A DNA stretch of 13,020 nt from Verrucomicrobiota bacterium (lineage in GTDB: Bacteria > Verrucomicrobiota > Verrucomicrobiia > Chthoniobacterales > UBA6821), in contig WBXG01000051.1 of the NCBI GenBank assembly GCA_008932965.1, positions 1-13,020 on the forward strand, in the 5' to 3' direction. The notes under the pieces are model-generated. The model saw nothing but the letters and a program-made list of their open reading frames with translations. It did no database searches and was not told where the DNA came from. A program made the translations under genes and the position numbers. This document shows positions 6,081 to 13,020 of the stretch, in pieces (position 1 is the stretch's first letter; each line of letters starts with the position of its first letter).

Positions 6081-7679
6081 ATGAAAACTCTCCCTAAGAT
6101 ATTTGTTGCTGATTCTATTTCTAGTAAAGGTGTTGAGGCACTAAGTTCAGATGGATTGTTTGAAGTTATTGTGAAAATAGGTCTTCAGGAGGCAGAACTA
6201 ATCCAAGCTATCCAAGGATGTGATGCACTCATTGTACGGAGCCAAACAAAGGTTACAAAGAAAGTGATTGAAGCGGCAACGTCGCTTAAAGTTATCGGTC
6301 GAGCTGGTGTAGGTATTGACAATGTGGATGTGGAGGTTGCTACCAAGCATGGTATTATCGTGATGAATGCTCCTGGTGGGAATACAATCTCTACTGCTGA
6401 ACATGCTTTCACTCTTCTTTTAAGTACAGCGCGTGCCATTCCCCAAGCTCATACAAGCATGAAGGCAGGAAAGTGGGATCGGAAGAAATTTGAAGGAGTC
6501 GAGCTTCATACAAAAACACTTGGCATCCTTGGCATGGGTCGTATTGGTACTGAAGTAGCACGACGTGCTATTGCCTTTGGAATGAAAGTGCTTGTCTTTG
6601 ATCCATACCTTTCTGCAAGTAAGGCCCGCTCTTTGCAAATAGAGCTTGTTGAGCAACTCCATGAGCTCTTACCACAAGTTGATTTTATCACAGTTCATAT
6701 GCCACTTACTGACGAGACACGATATATGATTGGACGCAAGGAACTCCCTCTATTAAAACGAGGAGTGCGTATTATTAACTGTGCACGTGGAGGGCTTATT
6801 GATGAAACTATTTTAGCAGAGGGACTCTCTAGTGGGCAGATTGCAGGAGCTGCCTTAGATGTTTTTGAAGAGGAGCCGTTATCTCAAAACTCTGAGCTTC
6901 GTTCGATCGACTCGTTAGTTTTAACCCCGCATCTTGGGGCATCAACGGCAGAAGCTCAGGAGATGGTTGGTATCGAGATTGCTGAATCTATTCGACTTGC
7001 TCTTTTAAAAGGAGAGATCAGAAACTCTGTTAACATGCCTAATATTGATGAAAAGACGTTAGCTTTCATCGAGCCATGGATGATGTTAGCAAATAGTCTG
7101 GGACAGTTTTTAGCTTCCATTGGACCTAAGCGTGCAGAGAAAATTTCTATTCGATACAGTGGACGTATTACAGAACAAGATTTAACGGTGGTGACAAGAG
7201 CCTTTCTTACTGGGTTTCTAAGCCATATTCATGGACCTGAAGTAAACAGAGTCAATGTTTCTAGTTTTATAAAAGCTTCGGGTCTTGAAGTTATTGAGGC
7301 TCGCCAGAGTGGAGCTGGAGAGTTTACGGATTTAATCGAGTTTCAAGTAGAAGCTGGTGCAGAAAAAGCAAGCGTAGGTGGAACATTTTATGGTTCTAAA
7401 CCACGTATTGTTACTGTAAATGATCGTTTTGTAGAGGGACACCCTGCTGGGGTTGTCCTTTTGTTAGAAAATAAAGATCAACCTGGCATTGTTGGGCATC
7501 TCGGATCACTTTTTGGGGAGAATGATATCAATATTGCAAATATGTCCCTGAGCCGAAATGAATCTCAGGGAACAGCATTGGTCTTAATGAATCTTGATTC
7601 AGCTCCTCAACCAATGCTTGTCGAAAAACTCCGATCAGATACCAATATTCTATCAGTTCAAATCATTCATTTTTCTTAA
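6081..7679 (+). CDS. serA: D-3-phosphoglycerate dehydrogenase, long form with C-terminal ASB and ACT regulatory domains
   Basis: Motifs seen:
- GRAGVGIDNVD
- Rossmann motif GILGMGRIGTEVARRA
- catalytic-region motifs INCARGGLIDE and LTPHLGASTAEAQ
- C-terminal ACT-like segment VVLLLENKDQPGIVGHLGSLFGENDINIANMSL
The start is ambiguous. The ORF track uses TTG at 6045, and in-frame ATGs lie at 6066 and 6081. I chose 6081 because MKTLPKIFVADSIS matches the usual SerA N-terminus (M-K-x-[IV]-L-[IV]-x-D). None of the three candidates has an SD. Confidence 0.92.
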   Translation: MKTLPKIFVADSISSKGVEALSSDGLFEVIVKIGLQEAELIQAIQGCDALIVRSQTKVTKKVIEAATSLKVIGRAGVGIDNVDVEVATKHGIIVMNAPGGNTISTAEHAFTLLLSTARAIPQAHTSMKAGKWDRKKFEGVELHTKTLGILGMGRIGTEVARRAIAFGMKVLVFDPYLSASKARSLQIELVEQLHELLPQVDFITVHMPLTDETRYMIGRKELPLLKRGVRIINCARGGLIDETILAEGLSSGQIAGAALDVFEEEPLSQNSELRSIDSLVLTPHLGASTAEAQEMVGIEIAESIRLALLKGEIRNSVNMPNIDEKTLAFIEPWMMLANSLGQFLASIGPKRAEKISIRYSGRITEQDLTVVTRAFLTGFLSHIHGPEVNRVNVSSFIKASGLEVIEARQSGAGEFTDLIEFQVEAGAEKASVGGTFYGSKPRIVTVNDRFVEGHPAGVVLLLENKDQPGIVGHLGSLFGENDINIANMSLSRNESQGTALVLMNLDSAPQPMLVEKLRSDTNILSVQIIHFS

Positions 7680-7704
7680 CCCTCTAAAATTGAAATATAC
7701 CCTT

Positions 7705-8751
7705 ATGCCTAAAAATCATAAATTTATCCTTGCAGGAGATCTCGGAGGAACGAATTTTCGTATTGCACTTTTTCGAATAGTTAATGGACCCAATGGAACA
7801 TTAAAGAAAATTCGCTCCGAACGTCTTTCTAGCACACGATTCAATTCCTTCCCTGAGGCTGTGAGTAGTTTTCTTGAGAAAGAAGAGGTTCCAGGTAATA
7901 TTATGACCGCTTGTTTCGGTGTTCCTGGTCCCAATATTGCAGGGGTTGTCCATGCCACAAATTTAAATTGGCTTATTGATGTTAGTACATTAACTAATGT
8001 CCTGGGTATCCCTCGTGTTCAGATCCTTAATGATCTTGAGGCCATGGCCTTCGGTGTAGGAGAGTTACGTCATAGTGATTTTCTCTTATTACAAGCAGGT
8101 GCTGGTTCCCGTGCTGGAAATCAATGTGTGATTGCCCCTGGAACAGGTTTAGGTGAAGCAGGTCTTTTTTGGGATGGTCATCGACATCATCCATGGGCTA
8201 GTGAGGGAGGACATGCTGACTTTGCTCCAACGGATGATGTGCAGGCTGCCCTATTAGAATTTCTCCATAAAGAATATGGACGTGTGAGCTGCGAACGTGT
8301 CATTGCAGGAATTGGGCTTAACAATATCTATCGTTTTTTAAGAGATACAGGCCGTGGTAAGGAAAAACCTGCCATTGCCGAAAAGATGCTTGTGGGAGAT
8401 GTGAATGCCATTATTGACGAGCATTCACGAAACGGTTCGTGTGGTCTCTGCCGTGATACAATGGATATTTTTATTCGAATATTGGGGGCAGAAGCTGGTA
8501 ACCTTGCCCTTAAAACAATGGCTACAGGAGGCGTTTTCTTAGGCGGTGGTATCCCTCCAAGAATCTTAGAGCATTTACGAGGTCCCCTCTTTTTAGAGTC
8601 CTTTCTTAACAAAGGTCGAATGCGTCTTCTTTTGGAGTCGATGCCATTAAGCGTCATTCTAAATGATGATGCAGCACTACTAGGATCAGCTCGTTACGCA
8701 GCTCGCATGATGAGTTCATTGAGAAAGACCATACCACCAAAGATGTATTAA
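7705..8751 (+). CDS. glk: Glucokinase (Glk family, ROK-unrelated bacterial glucokinase)
   Basis: The sequence resembles E. coli Glk along its whole length: ILAGDLGGTNFRIAL (ATP-binding), ILNDLEAMA, APGTGLGEA, SEGGHADFAP, ERVIAGIGLNNIYRFL and GGVFLGGGIPPRILE. The ORF-track start at 7594 would overlap serA by 86 nt and add a non-homologous extension. The ATG at 7705 lies 25 nt after the serA stop. Confidence 0.9.
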   Translation: MPKNHKFILAGDLGGTNFRIALFRIVNGPNGTLKKIRSERLSSTRFNSFPEAVSSFLEKEEVPGNIMTACFGVPGPNIAGVVHATNLNWLIDVSTLTNVLGIPRVQILNDLEAMAFGVGELRHSDFLLLQAGAGSRAGNQCVIAPGTGLGEAGLFWDGHRHHPWASEGGHADFAPTDDVQAALLEFLHKEYGRVSCERVIAGIGLNNIYRFLRDTGRGKEKPAIAEKMLVGDVNAIIDEHSRNGSCGLCRDTMDIFIRILGAEAGNLALKTMATGGVFLGGGIPPRILEHLRGPLFLESFLNKGRMRLLLESMPLSVILNDDAALLGSARYAARMMSSLRKTIPPKMY

Positions 8752-8852
8752 TCAGGGGTTGATCGGTTAAAATCAAAATCCCTAAATAGTCTTTTTAGGA
8801 ATAAACACCCTCCTTATAAGAGAAATGAGGGAACAAGAAGACTAATTCGGCC

Positions 8853-8882
8853 AGGACCACAATCGTTAGTCCTCCTTTTTTT
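8853..8882 (+). terminator. Weak candidate rho-independent terminator downstream of glk
   Basis: AGGAC (8853-8857) pairs with GTCCT (8869-8873) across an 11-nt loop. CC and TTTTTTT (8876-8882) follow. The stem is only 5 bp. Confidence 0.3.
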
Positions 8883-8955
8883 AGTGAGCTTTGTACGCCA
8901 CCTCATGACACTTCAGTATGAAATATCCGGGACATCTTGTTAGAAAAAATATTTC

Positions 8956-9537
8956 ATGAAGTTACTCTCTTTATTTTTCCTTATTACTTTTTCTTCTCTT
9001 CATGCAGAAGAGAGAACTATTGTAAAAAATTCTTTACGTTCCTCTTTACCTTTAGGAATTGCACAAGAAAAAGGAGAAATTTTTCCACAAATTCTCGAGA
9101 ATAAATCGAATAAACCGATTTCAATTCGAATTTCTCTCTCTCAGCAACGTCTGTTCGTTGATGTAGGAGATAAATGTGCTATCATATCTCCAATTTCCTC
9201 AGGGCGTAGTCCAGGTTGGACCCCAGTTGGTTTTTTTAAAATTTTAGAAAAAGATGAAGTTCACCGTTCTAATATCTACGGGAATTTTGTGGACCGAGAC
9301 AATCGAGTCATTAGAAGAGGGGTTGATGCTCGGCTCGATTCTGCTCCAACTGGTACTCATTTCAAGGGGGCCTCAATGCTTTATTTTATGAAAATTACAG
9401 AAAAAGGGGTAGGAATGCATGTGGGCATTCTTCCTGGTTACCCAGCATCGCATGGATGCATCCGCCTACCCTTAGAGATGGCAAAATCTATTTTTAAAAC
9501 GGTTCCTCTCAATACTCCAGTGAGAGTTGAAGAATAA
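8956..9537 (+). CDS. Secreted L,D-transpeptidase family protein (YkuD domain)
   Basis: The ORF encodes 193 aa. The N-terminal signal peptide is MKLLSLFFLITFSSLHA/EE. The YkuD domain begins ISLSQQRLFV and ends with the catalytic signature MHVGILPGYPASHGCIRLP (H...SHGCIR). Confidence 0.85.
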   Translation: MKLLSLFFLITFSSLHAEERTIVKNSLRSSLPLGIAQEKGEIFPQILENKSNKPISIRISLSQQRLFVDVGDKCAIISPISSGRSPGWTPVGFFKILEKDEVHRSNIYGNFVDRDNRVIRRGVDARLDSAPTGTHFKGASMLYFMKITEKGVGMHVGILPGYPASHGCIRLPLEMAKSIFKTVPLNTPVRVEE

Positions 9538-9639
9538 TAAGAATTTTCTTTTTTGTTCTCAGAACCGATCTCTATGATTCAAAAGATATTTCACACTGAT
9601 CGTGACCTGGAAGCCGTAAAGCTATATTTGGTGAGGTAG

Positions 9640-9645
9640 TATAAT
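9640..9645 (+). promoter_or_regulatory. Perfect TATAAT -10 hexamer in the ldt-sdhC spacer; possible sdhCAB promoter
   Basis: TATAAT lies at 9640-9645. The best -35 at 17-nt spacing (TAAAGC, 9617-9622) is poor, and there is no TG extension. If the element is used, the leader before the sdhC GTG would be about 100 nt. Confidence 0.25.
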
Positions 9646-9753
9646 TTAATGAAAATGCCTTTTCAATTCACTCGTAGAGGCATAGGCTACTGTTCCAAAA
9701 ATGAAGTTATCTATTACGAGTTGTAGCAGAAAAATTTTCTCCATTTTCTACTA

Positions 9754-10431
9754 GTGGAAAAATCATCTTTTTTAAACTCCTCCATTGGGCGCAAGTGGAT
9801 TGTTGCAGTCACGGGAATTCTCCTTATTGGCTTTATTCTCATTCATCTTCTGGGGAATCTTTCCATTTTCCTTGGGCCAGAAATCATGAATGCCTATGCA
9901 GCACGCCTCCATCAGCTTGGAATCTTGCTTTGGATAGCACGGATAGGACTTCTTGCTGTGGCAGGATTACATATTTTTTTCACGATGGCTCTTTGGCGTG
10001 AAAATCATCAGGCCTCACCTCAGAAATATGCAGTAAAACAATCGCTCGAAACAACCCTCTATGCTCGTTCCATGAGACTTTCCGGGTTGGTTGTTCTTGG
10101 TTTTGTATTGTTTCATTTGGCTCAATTTACGTGGAAATGGGTGACTCCAGAATACAAGGAATGGATCGATTCTTTGGGACAACATGATGTCTATCGAATG
10201 CTTGTGGCTGCGTTTGGGAATCCCTGGGTTACGGGATTTTATCTTATTAGTGTGGCATTTTTAGCAATGCACCTGAGTCATGGTATAGGAAGTCTTTTTC
10301 AAACATTTGGGTTAAGTAATAAAAAACTGCGCCTTCGCTTTCAATATGCTGGGCTCATTGCTGCATGGGCTTTTTTCCTAGGGTATGCCTCCATTCCAGC
10401 TGCTGTTTTTTTAAAACTCCTTCCTCATTAA
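9754..10431 (+). CDS. sdhC: Succinate dehydrogenase / fumarate reductase cytochrome b subunit, type B (single dihaem subunit, b558 family)
   Basis: The ORF encodes 225 aa. It has about five hydrophobic helices, each carrying a His at a position suited to haem ligation (H31, H73, H121, H173). It lies immediately upstream of sdhA with a 10-nt gap. The GTG start at 9754 is the only start codon available after the in-frame TAG at 9724-9726 that keeps helix 1 intact. Confidence 0.85.
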   Translation: MEKSSFLNSSIGRKWIVAVTGILLIGFILIHLLGNLSIFLGPEIMNAYAARLHQLGILLWIARIGLLAVAGLHIFFTMALWRENHQASPQKYAVKQSLETTLYARSMRLSGLVVLGFVLFHLAQFTWKWVTPEYKEWIDSLGQHDVYRMLVAAFGNPWVTGFYLISVAFLAMHLSHGIGSLFQTFGLSNKKLRLRFQYAGLIAAWAFFLGYASIPAAVFLKLLPH

Positions 10432-10441
10432 TCCTCTTCTC

Positions 10442-12358
10442 ATGATTGCCCTTGATGCAAAAATACCACCTGGTCCTCTTGAGGGGAAATGGAGACGTTT
10501 TAAAGAAAATGTCCCGCTTATTGGACCTGCCAATAAACGGAAATTCAACATCATCGTTGTAGGTTCAGGCCTTGCTGGCGCCTCTGCTGCTGTTACCCTG
10601 GCAGAGCAAGGGTATCATGTTGATTGTTTTTGCTTTCATGATTCTCCGCGTAGAGCTCATAGCATTGCAGCACAAGGGGGCATTAACGCTGCTAAGAATT
10701 ATCAAAATGATGGTGACAGTGTTTGGCGGCTTTTTTATGACACGATTAAAGGGGGGGATTTTCGTTCCCGCGAAGCCAATGTTTACCGGCTTGCAGAGGT
10801 TTCTCAAAGCATCATTGACCAATGTGTCTCGCAGGGTGTTCCTTTCGCTCGAGAATATGGGGGGCAGCTTGCTAACCGCTCTTTTGGTGGGGCTCAAGTC
10901 TCTCGCACCTTTTATGCACGTGGTCAAACGGGACAGCAGTTGCTTCTAGGCGCCTATTCCTCGCTGAATCATGAAATCAAAAATGGTCGTGTGACCATGC
11001 ATGCTAATAGTGAACTGCTTGATCTTGTGGTAGTAGAGGGTCATGCCAAAGGAATTATTGTTCGCAATCTCATCTCTGGAGAGATCACACGTCACGCTGC
11101 AGATGCTGTGATCTTAGCCACGGGAGGTTATAGTAACGCCTATTATCTCTCCACTAATGCTCGCGGTTGTAATGCCACAGCAATTTGGAGAGCTTACAAA
11201 CAGGGGGCCCTTTTTGCTAATCCCTGTTTTACTCAAATTCACCCGACCTGCATTCCTGTAGGGGGAGATTATCAAGCTAAGTTGACCTTAATGTCAGAGT
11301 CATTACGTAATGATGGACGTGTTTGGGTTCCTAAGAAAAAAGGAGATCAACGTGCTCCTCAGGATATTCCTGAAGAAGAAAGGGATTATTATTTAGAAAG
11401 AAAATATCCTGCTTATGGAAATTTAGCCCCACGAGATATCTCTTCGCGAAGCGCTAAGGAGGTCTGTGATGAGGGCCGAGGAGTGGGACCCAGTGGGCTT
11501 GGTGTTTACCTCGATTTTCAAGATGCCTTAGAGCGGCTAGGAAAAGAGACCATTCAAGAACGTTACGGTAATCTTTTTGAAATGTATGAAAATATTACTG
11601 GGGAGAATGCCTACACCCGTCCTATGCGTATTTTTCCAGCCCTTCATTATACAATGGGGGGGCTTTGGGTCGACTATCACTTAATGAGCAATCTTCCCGG
11701 ACTCTTCGTTCTTGGGGAGGCTAATTTCTCTGATCATGGTGCCAACCGCTTAGGAGCAAGCGCACTCATGCAAGGATTGGCAGATGGTTATTTTGTCATT
11801 CCTTACACTCTTGGTGCCTATCTCTCATCACAATTTGGAAAGAAGGTTAAGACAACTCAGCCTGAATTTGAGGAGGCAGAAAAGAGAGTGGGTGCGCGTT
11901 TAAATCAACTTTTAGAAGTGAAAGGCTCTCTCTCTTCTACGCACTTTCACAGAGAATTAGGGATCCTACTTTGGGAAAAATGTGGAATGGAGCGTAGTGC
12001 AAGCAGTCTTCAAGAAGCCCTCCATGAAATTCCCAAATTGCGAAAACGTTTCTGGAATGAAGTGAGTATTCCAGGTTCCGGAGCCACTTTAAACAAAGCT
12101 CTAGAGGCAGCTGGGCGTGTTGCCGATTTTCTTGAGCTTGGGGAGCTCATGTGCCGGGATGCCCTGATACGTGAGGAATCATGTGGTGGTCATTTTCGCT
12201 CTGAGTATCAGTCATCTGAGGGAGAGGCTGTGAGAAATGATGAACTCTTTTCCTGTGTTCAAGCCTGGAATTATGGGGGTGAAGGGAAGGAGCCAACCTT
12301 GATTCAGGAACCTCTGAACTACGAGTTTGTGCATCCCTCAACCCGTAATTATAAATGA
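10442..12358 (+). CDS. sdhA: Succinate dehydrogenase / fumarate reductase flavoprotein subunit (B. subtilis-type subgroup)
   Basis: The ORF encodes 638 aa and shows these motifs:
- FAD dinucleotide fold [14 protein letters not shown]
- covalent-FAD histidine motif [14 protein letters not shown] (His73)
- ATGGY
- HPT
- active-site region [10 protein letters not shown]
- [20 protein letters not shown]. Confidence 0.96.
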   Translation: MIALDAKIPPGPLEGKWRRFKENVPLIGPANKRKFNIIVVGSGLAGASAAVTLAEQGYHVDCFCFHDSPRRAHSIAAQGGINAAKNYQNDGDSVWRLFYDTIKGGDFRSREANVYRLAEVSQSIIDQCVSQGVPFAREYGGQLANRSFGGAQVSRTFYARGQTGQQLLLGAYSSLNHEIKNGRVTMHANSELLDLVVVEGHAKGIIVRNLISGEITRHAADAVILATGGYSNAYYLSTNARGCNATAIWRAYKQGALFANPCFTQIHPTCIPVGGDYQAKLTLMSESLRNDGRVWVPKKKGDQRAPQDIPEEERDYYLERKYPAYGNLAPRDISSRSAKEVCDEGRGVGPSGLGVYLDFQDALERLGKETIQERYGNLFEMYENITGENAYTRPMRIFPALHYTMGGLWVDYHLMSNLPGLFVLGEANFSDHGANRLGASALMQGLADGYFVIPYTLGAYLSSQFGKKVKTTQPEFEEAEKRVGARLNQLLEVKGSLSSTHFHRELGILLWEKCGMERSASSLQEALHEIPKLRKRFWNEVSIPGSGATLNKALEAAGRVADFLELGELMCRDALIREESCGGHFRSEYQSSEGEAVRNDELFSCVQAWNYGGEGKEPTLIQEPLNYEFVHPSTRNYK

Positions 12359-12405
12359 AAAAACGATTCTTTTTTAATGCACTTCCAACAGCATTATTCA
12401 ATTAG

Positions 12406-12424
12406 ACTCCTGAAGTATAGGAGT
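12406..12424 (+). other. Short hairpin in the 108-bp sdhA-sdhB spacer
   Basis: ACTCCT (12406-12411) pairs with AGGAGT (12419-12424) across a 7-nt loop. The nearest T-run (TTTTTT) starts about 10 nt downstream, so this is not a canonical terminator. Confidence 0.2.
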
Positions 12425-12466
12425 TGAGTATTTCATTTTTTATCTTCAATTATTATTTGCATCACA

Positions 12467-13020
12467 ATGAATTTTCATCTTCGAATTTGGAGGCAAGAGG
12501 ATCCACAGGCTACTGGTTCTTTCCAAGAAATAGAGGCCTGTGACATCCCTGCAGAGGCTTCCTTTCTAGAAATGCTCGATATTGTAAATAATCGTTTGAT
12601 CGAGGAAAAAAAAATCCCTGTAGCTTTTGATTCTGATTGTCGCGAGGGTATTTGTGGAACATGTAGTATGGTGATTAATGGAGTTCCTCAAGGCCCAGGG
12701 CGAGGGGCTGCCTGCCAAGTCTATATGCGCAGCTTTGAAAATGGTGCTTCCATTACGATCGAACCTTTTCGAGTAAAGGCTTTCCCTATCCTTAAAGACC
12801 TTATCGTTAAACGGGCGGCCTATGATCGTATTATGCAAGCAGCCGGTTTTATTACAGAGCATACTGGTGGAGCTCCCGATGCTGCAACGACCTTAATTAG
12901 TAAAAAAATAGCTGATCATGCTATGGATGCTGCTGCTTGCATCGGCTGTGGAGCTTGTGCTGCAGCATGTCCCAACAGTTCTGCAATGCTTTTTGTGGGT
13001 GCCAAAGTCACACATTTAAG
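12467..13020 (+). CDS. sdhB: Succinate dehydrogenase / fumarate reductase iron-sulfur subunit, 3'-partial (runs off the window)
   Basis: This gene is not in the supplied ORF track because no stop codon falls inside the window. My translation from the ATG at 12467 is MNFHLRIWRQEDPQATGSFQEIEACDIPAEASFLEMLDIVNNRLIEEKKIPVAFDSDCREGICGTCSMVINGVPQGPGRGAACQVYMRSF...AMDAAACIGCGACAAACPNSSAMLFVGAKVTHL. It shows [2Fe-2S] ligands in CREGICGTC...C and a [4Fe-4S] motif in CIGCGACAAAC. It closely resembles Bacteroides/Bacillus-type FrdB/SdhB. Confidence 0.9.
   Translation, partial: MNFHLRIWRQEDPQATGSFQEIEACDIPAEASFLEMLDIVNNRLIEEKKIPVAFDSDCREGICGTCSMVINGVPQGPGRGAACQVYMRSFENGASITIEPFRVKAFPILKDLIVKRAAYDRIMQAAGFITEHTGGAPDAATTLISKKIADHAMDAAACIGCGACAAACPNSSAMLFVGAKVTHL

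Noticed and set aside
6185-6691. Four antisense ORFs in the serA 5' half (6185-6439, 6198-6404, 6420-6662, 6506-6691)
   Set aside because: They are mutually overlapping shadow ORFs inside the serA Rossmann-domain coding region and show no motifs.
7594-7704. N-terminal extension of glk proposed by the ORF track (start at 7594)
   Set aside because: It would overlap the serA 3' end by 86 nt, and its sequence (MIQLLNQCLSKNSDQ...) has no counterpart in glucokinases. Homology to Glk begins right after the ATG at 7705.
7716-8657. Antisense ORFs 7716-7958 and 8328-8657 within glk
   Set aside because: They are shadow ORFs inside a CDS that matches Glk along its whole length.
8755-8799. Two AT-rich hairpins just after the glk stop (GGGG-TTGAT...ATCAA-CCC and CCTAAA...TTTAGG), considered as a possible tRNA or riboswitch
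   Set aside because: The stems are too short and mismatched, there is no cloverleaf arrangement or conserved tRNA boxes, and no T-run follows either hairpin.
8815-8906. Minus-strand AAGGAGG followed by a GTG and short ORFs (21-30 aa) in the glk-ldt spacer
   Set aside because: The SD-like string is simply the complement of the CCTCCTTTTTTT segment of the candidate + strand terminator. The peptides are short and unsupported, and this genome seems to make little use of SDs.
9795-10949. Alternative-frame or antisense ORFs 9795-10001 (+), 10565-10927 (-) and 10572-10949 (+)
   Set aside because: They lie inside sdhC or sdhA, whose frames carry the diagnostic motifs. These ORFs show no motifs.
12147-12862. 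Minus-strand ORFs 12147-12401 and 12566-12862
   Set aside because: The first is antisense to the sdhA 3' end. The second is antisense to the sdhB frame that the track omitted. Both are shadow ORFs.
1-13020. CRISPR arrays, tRNA/rRNA genes, a multi-gene defence island or a biosynthetic cluster
   Set aside because: I saw no regularly spaced direct repeats, no cloverleaf-capable segments in the five intergenic regions longer than 80 bp, and no cluster of unknown genes. Nine of the ten CDSs are recognisable core-metabolism or cell-biology genes.

Overview
This is a 13-kb block with every credible gene on the + strand, GC in the low 40s % by eye, and mostly housekeeping content. In order, the genes are:
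- the 3' two-thirds or more of a divergent ftsZ homologue, which enters from the left edge
- clpB
- a single accessory-type gene, a PD-(D/E)XK Rpn/YhgA-like putative transposase nuclease
- an Mrp/ApbC-type P-loop ATPase, overlapping the previous gene by 4 nt (ATGA)
- serA (long form with ACT domain)
- glk
- a secreted YkuD-type L,D-transpeptidase
- a Bacillus/Wolinella-type (type B, dihaem cytochrome b) sdhC-sdhA-sdhB operon. Its last gene runs off the right edge and is missing from the supplied ORF track.

I saw no rRNA, tRNA, CRISPR array or delimited IS element. I do not see a convincing new multi-gene system. The observations most worth a second look are:
1. The FtsZ homologue has degenerate T3, T4 (tubulin signature) and T7 (catalytic) motifs but keeps an FtsZ-like C-terminal docking peptide.
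2. The lone Rpn-like nuclease sits between core genes and has possible in-frame internal starts.
3. The 240-bp mrp-serA spacer contains two related hairpins, including an orphan minus-strand intrinsic-terminator-like structure.
4. The Mrp homologue lacks the CxxC cluster-ligand motif.
5. Shine-Dalgarno sequences are almost absent.

All homology calls come from by-eye motif recognition, not from searches.
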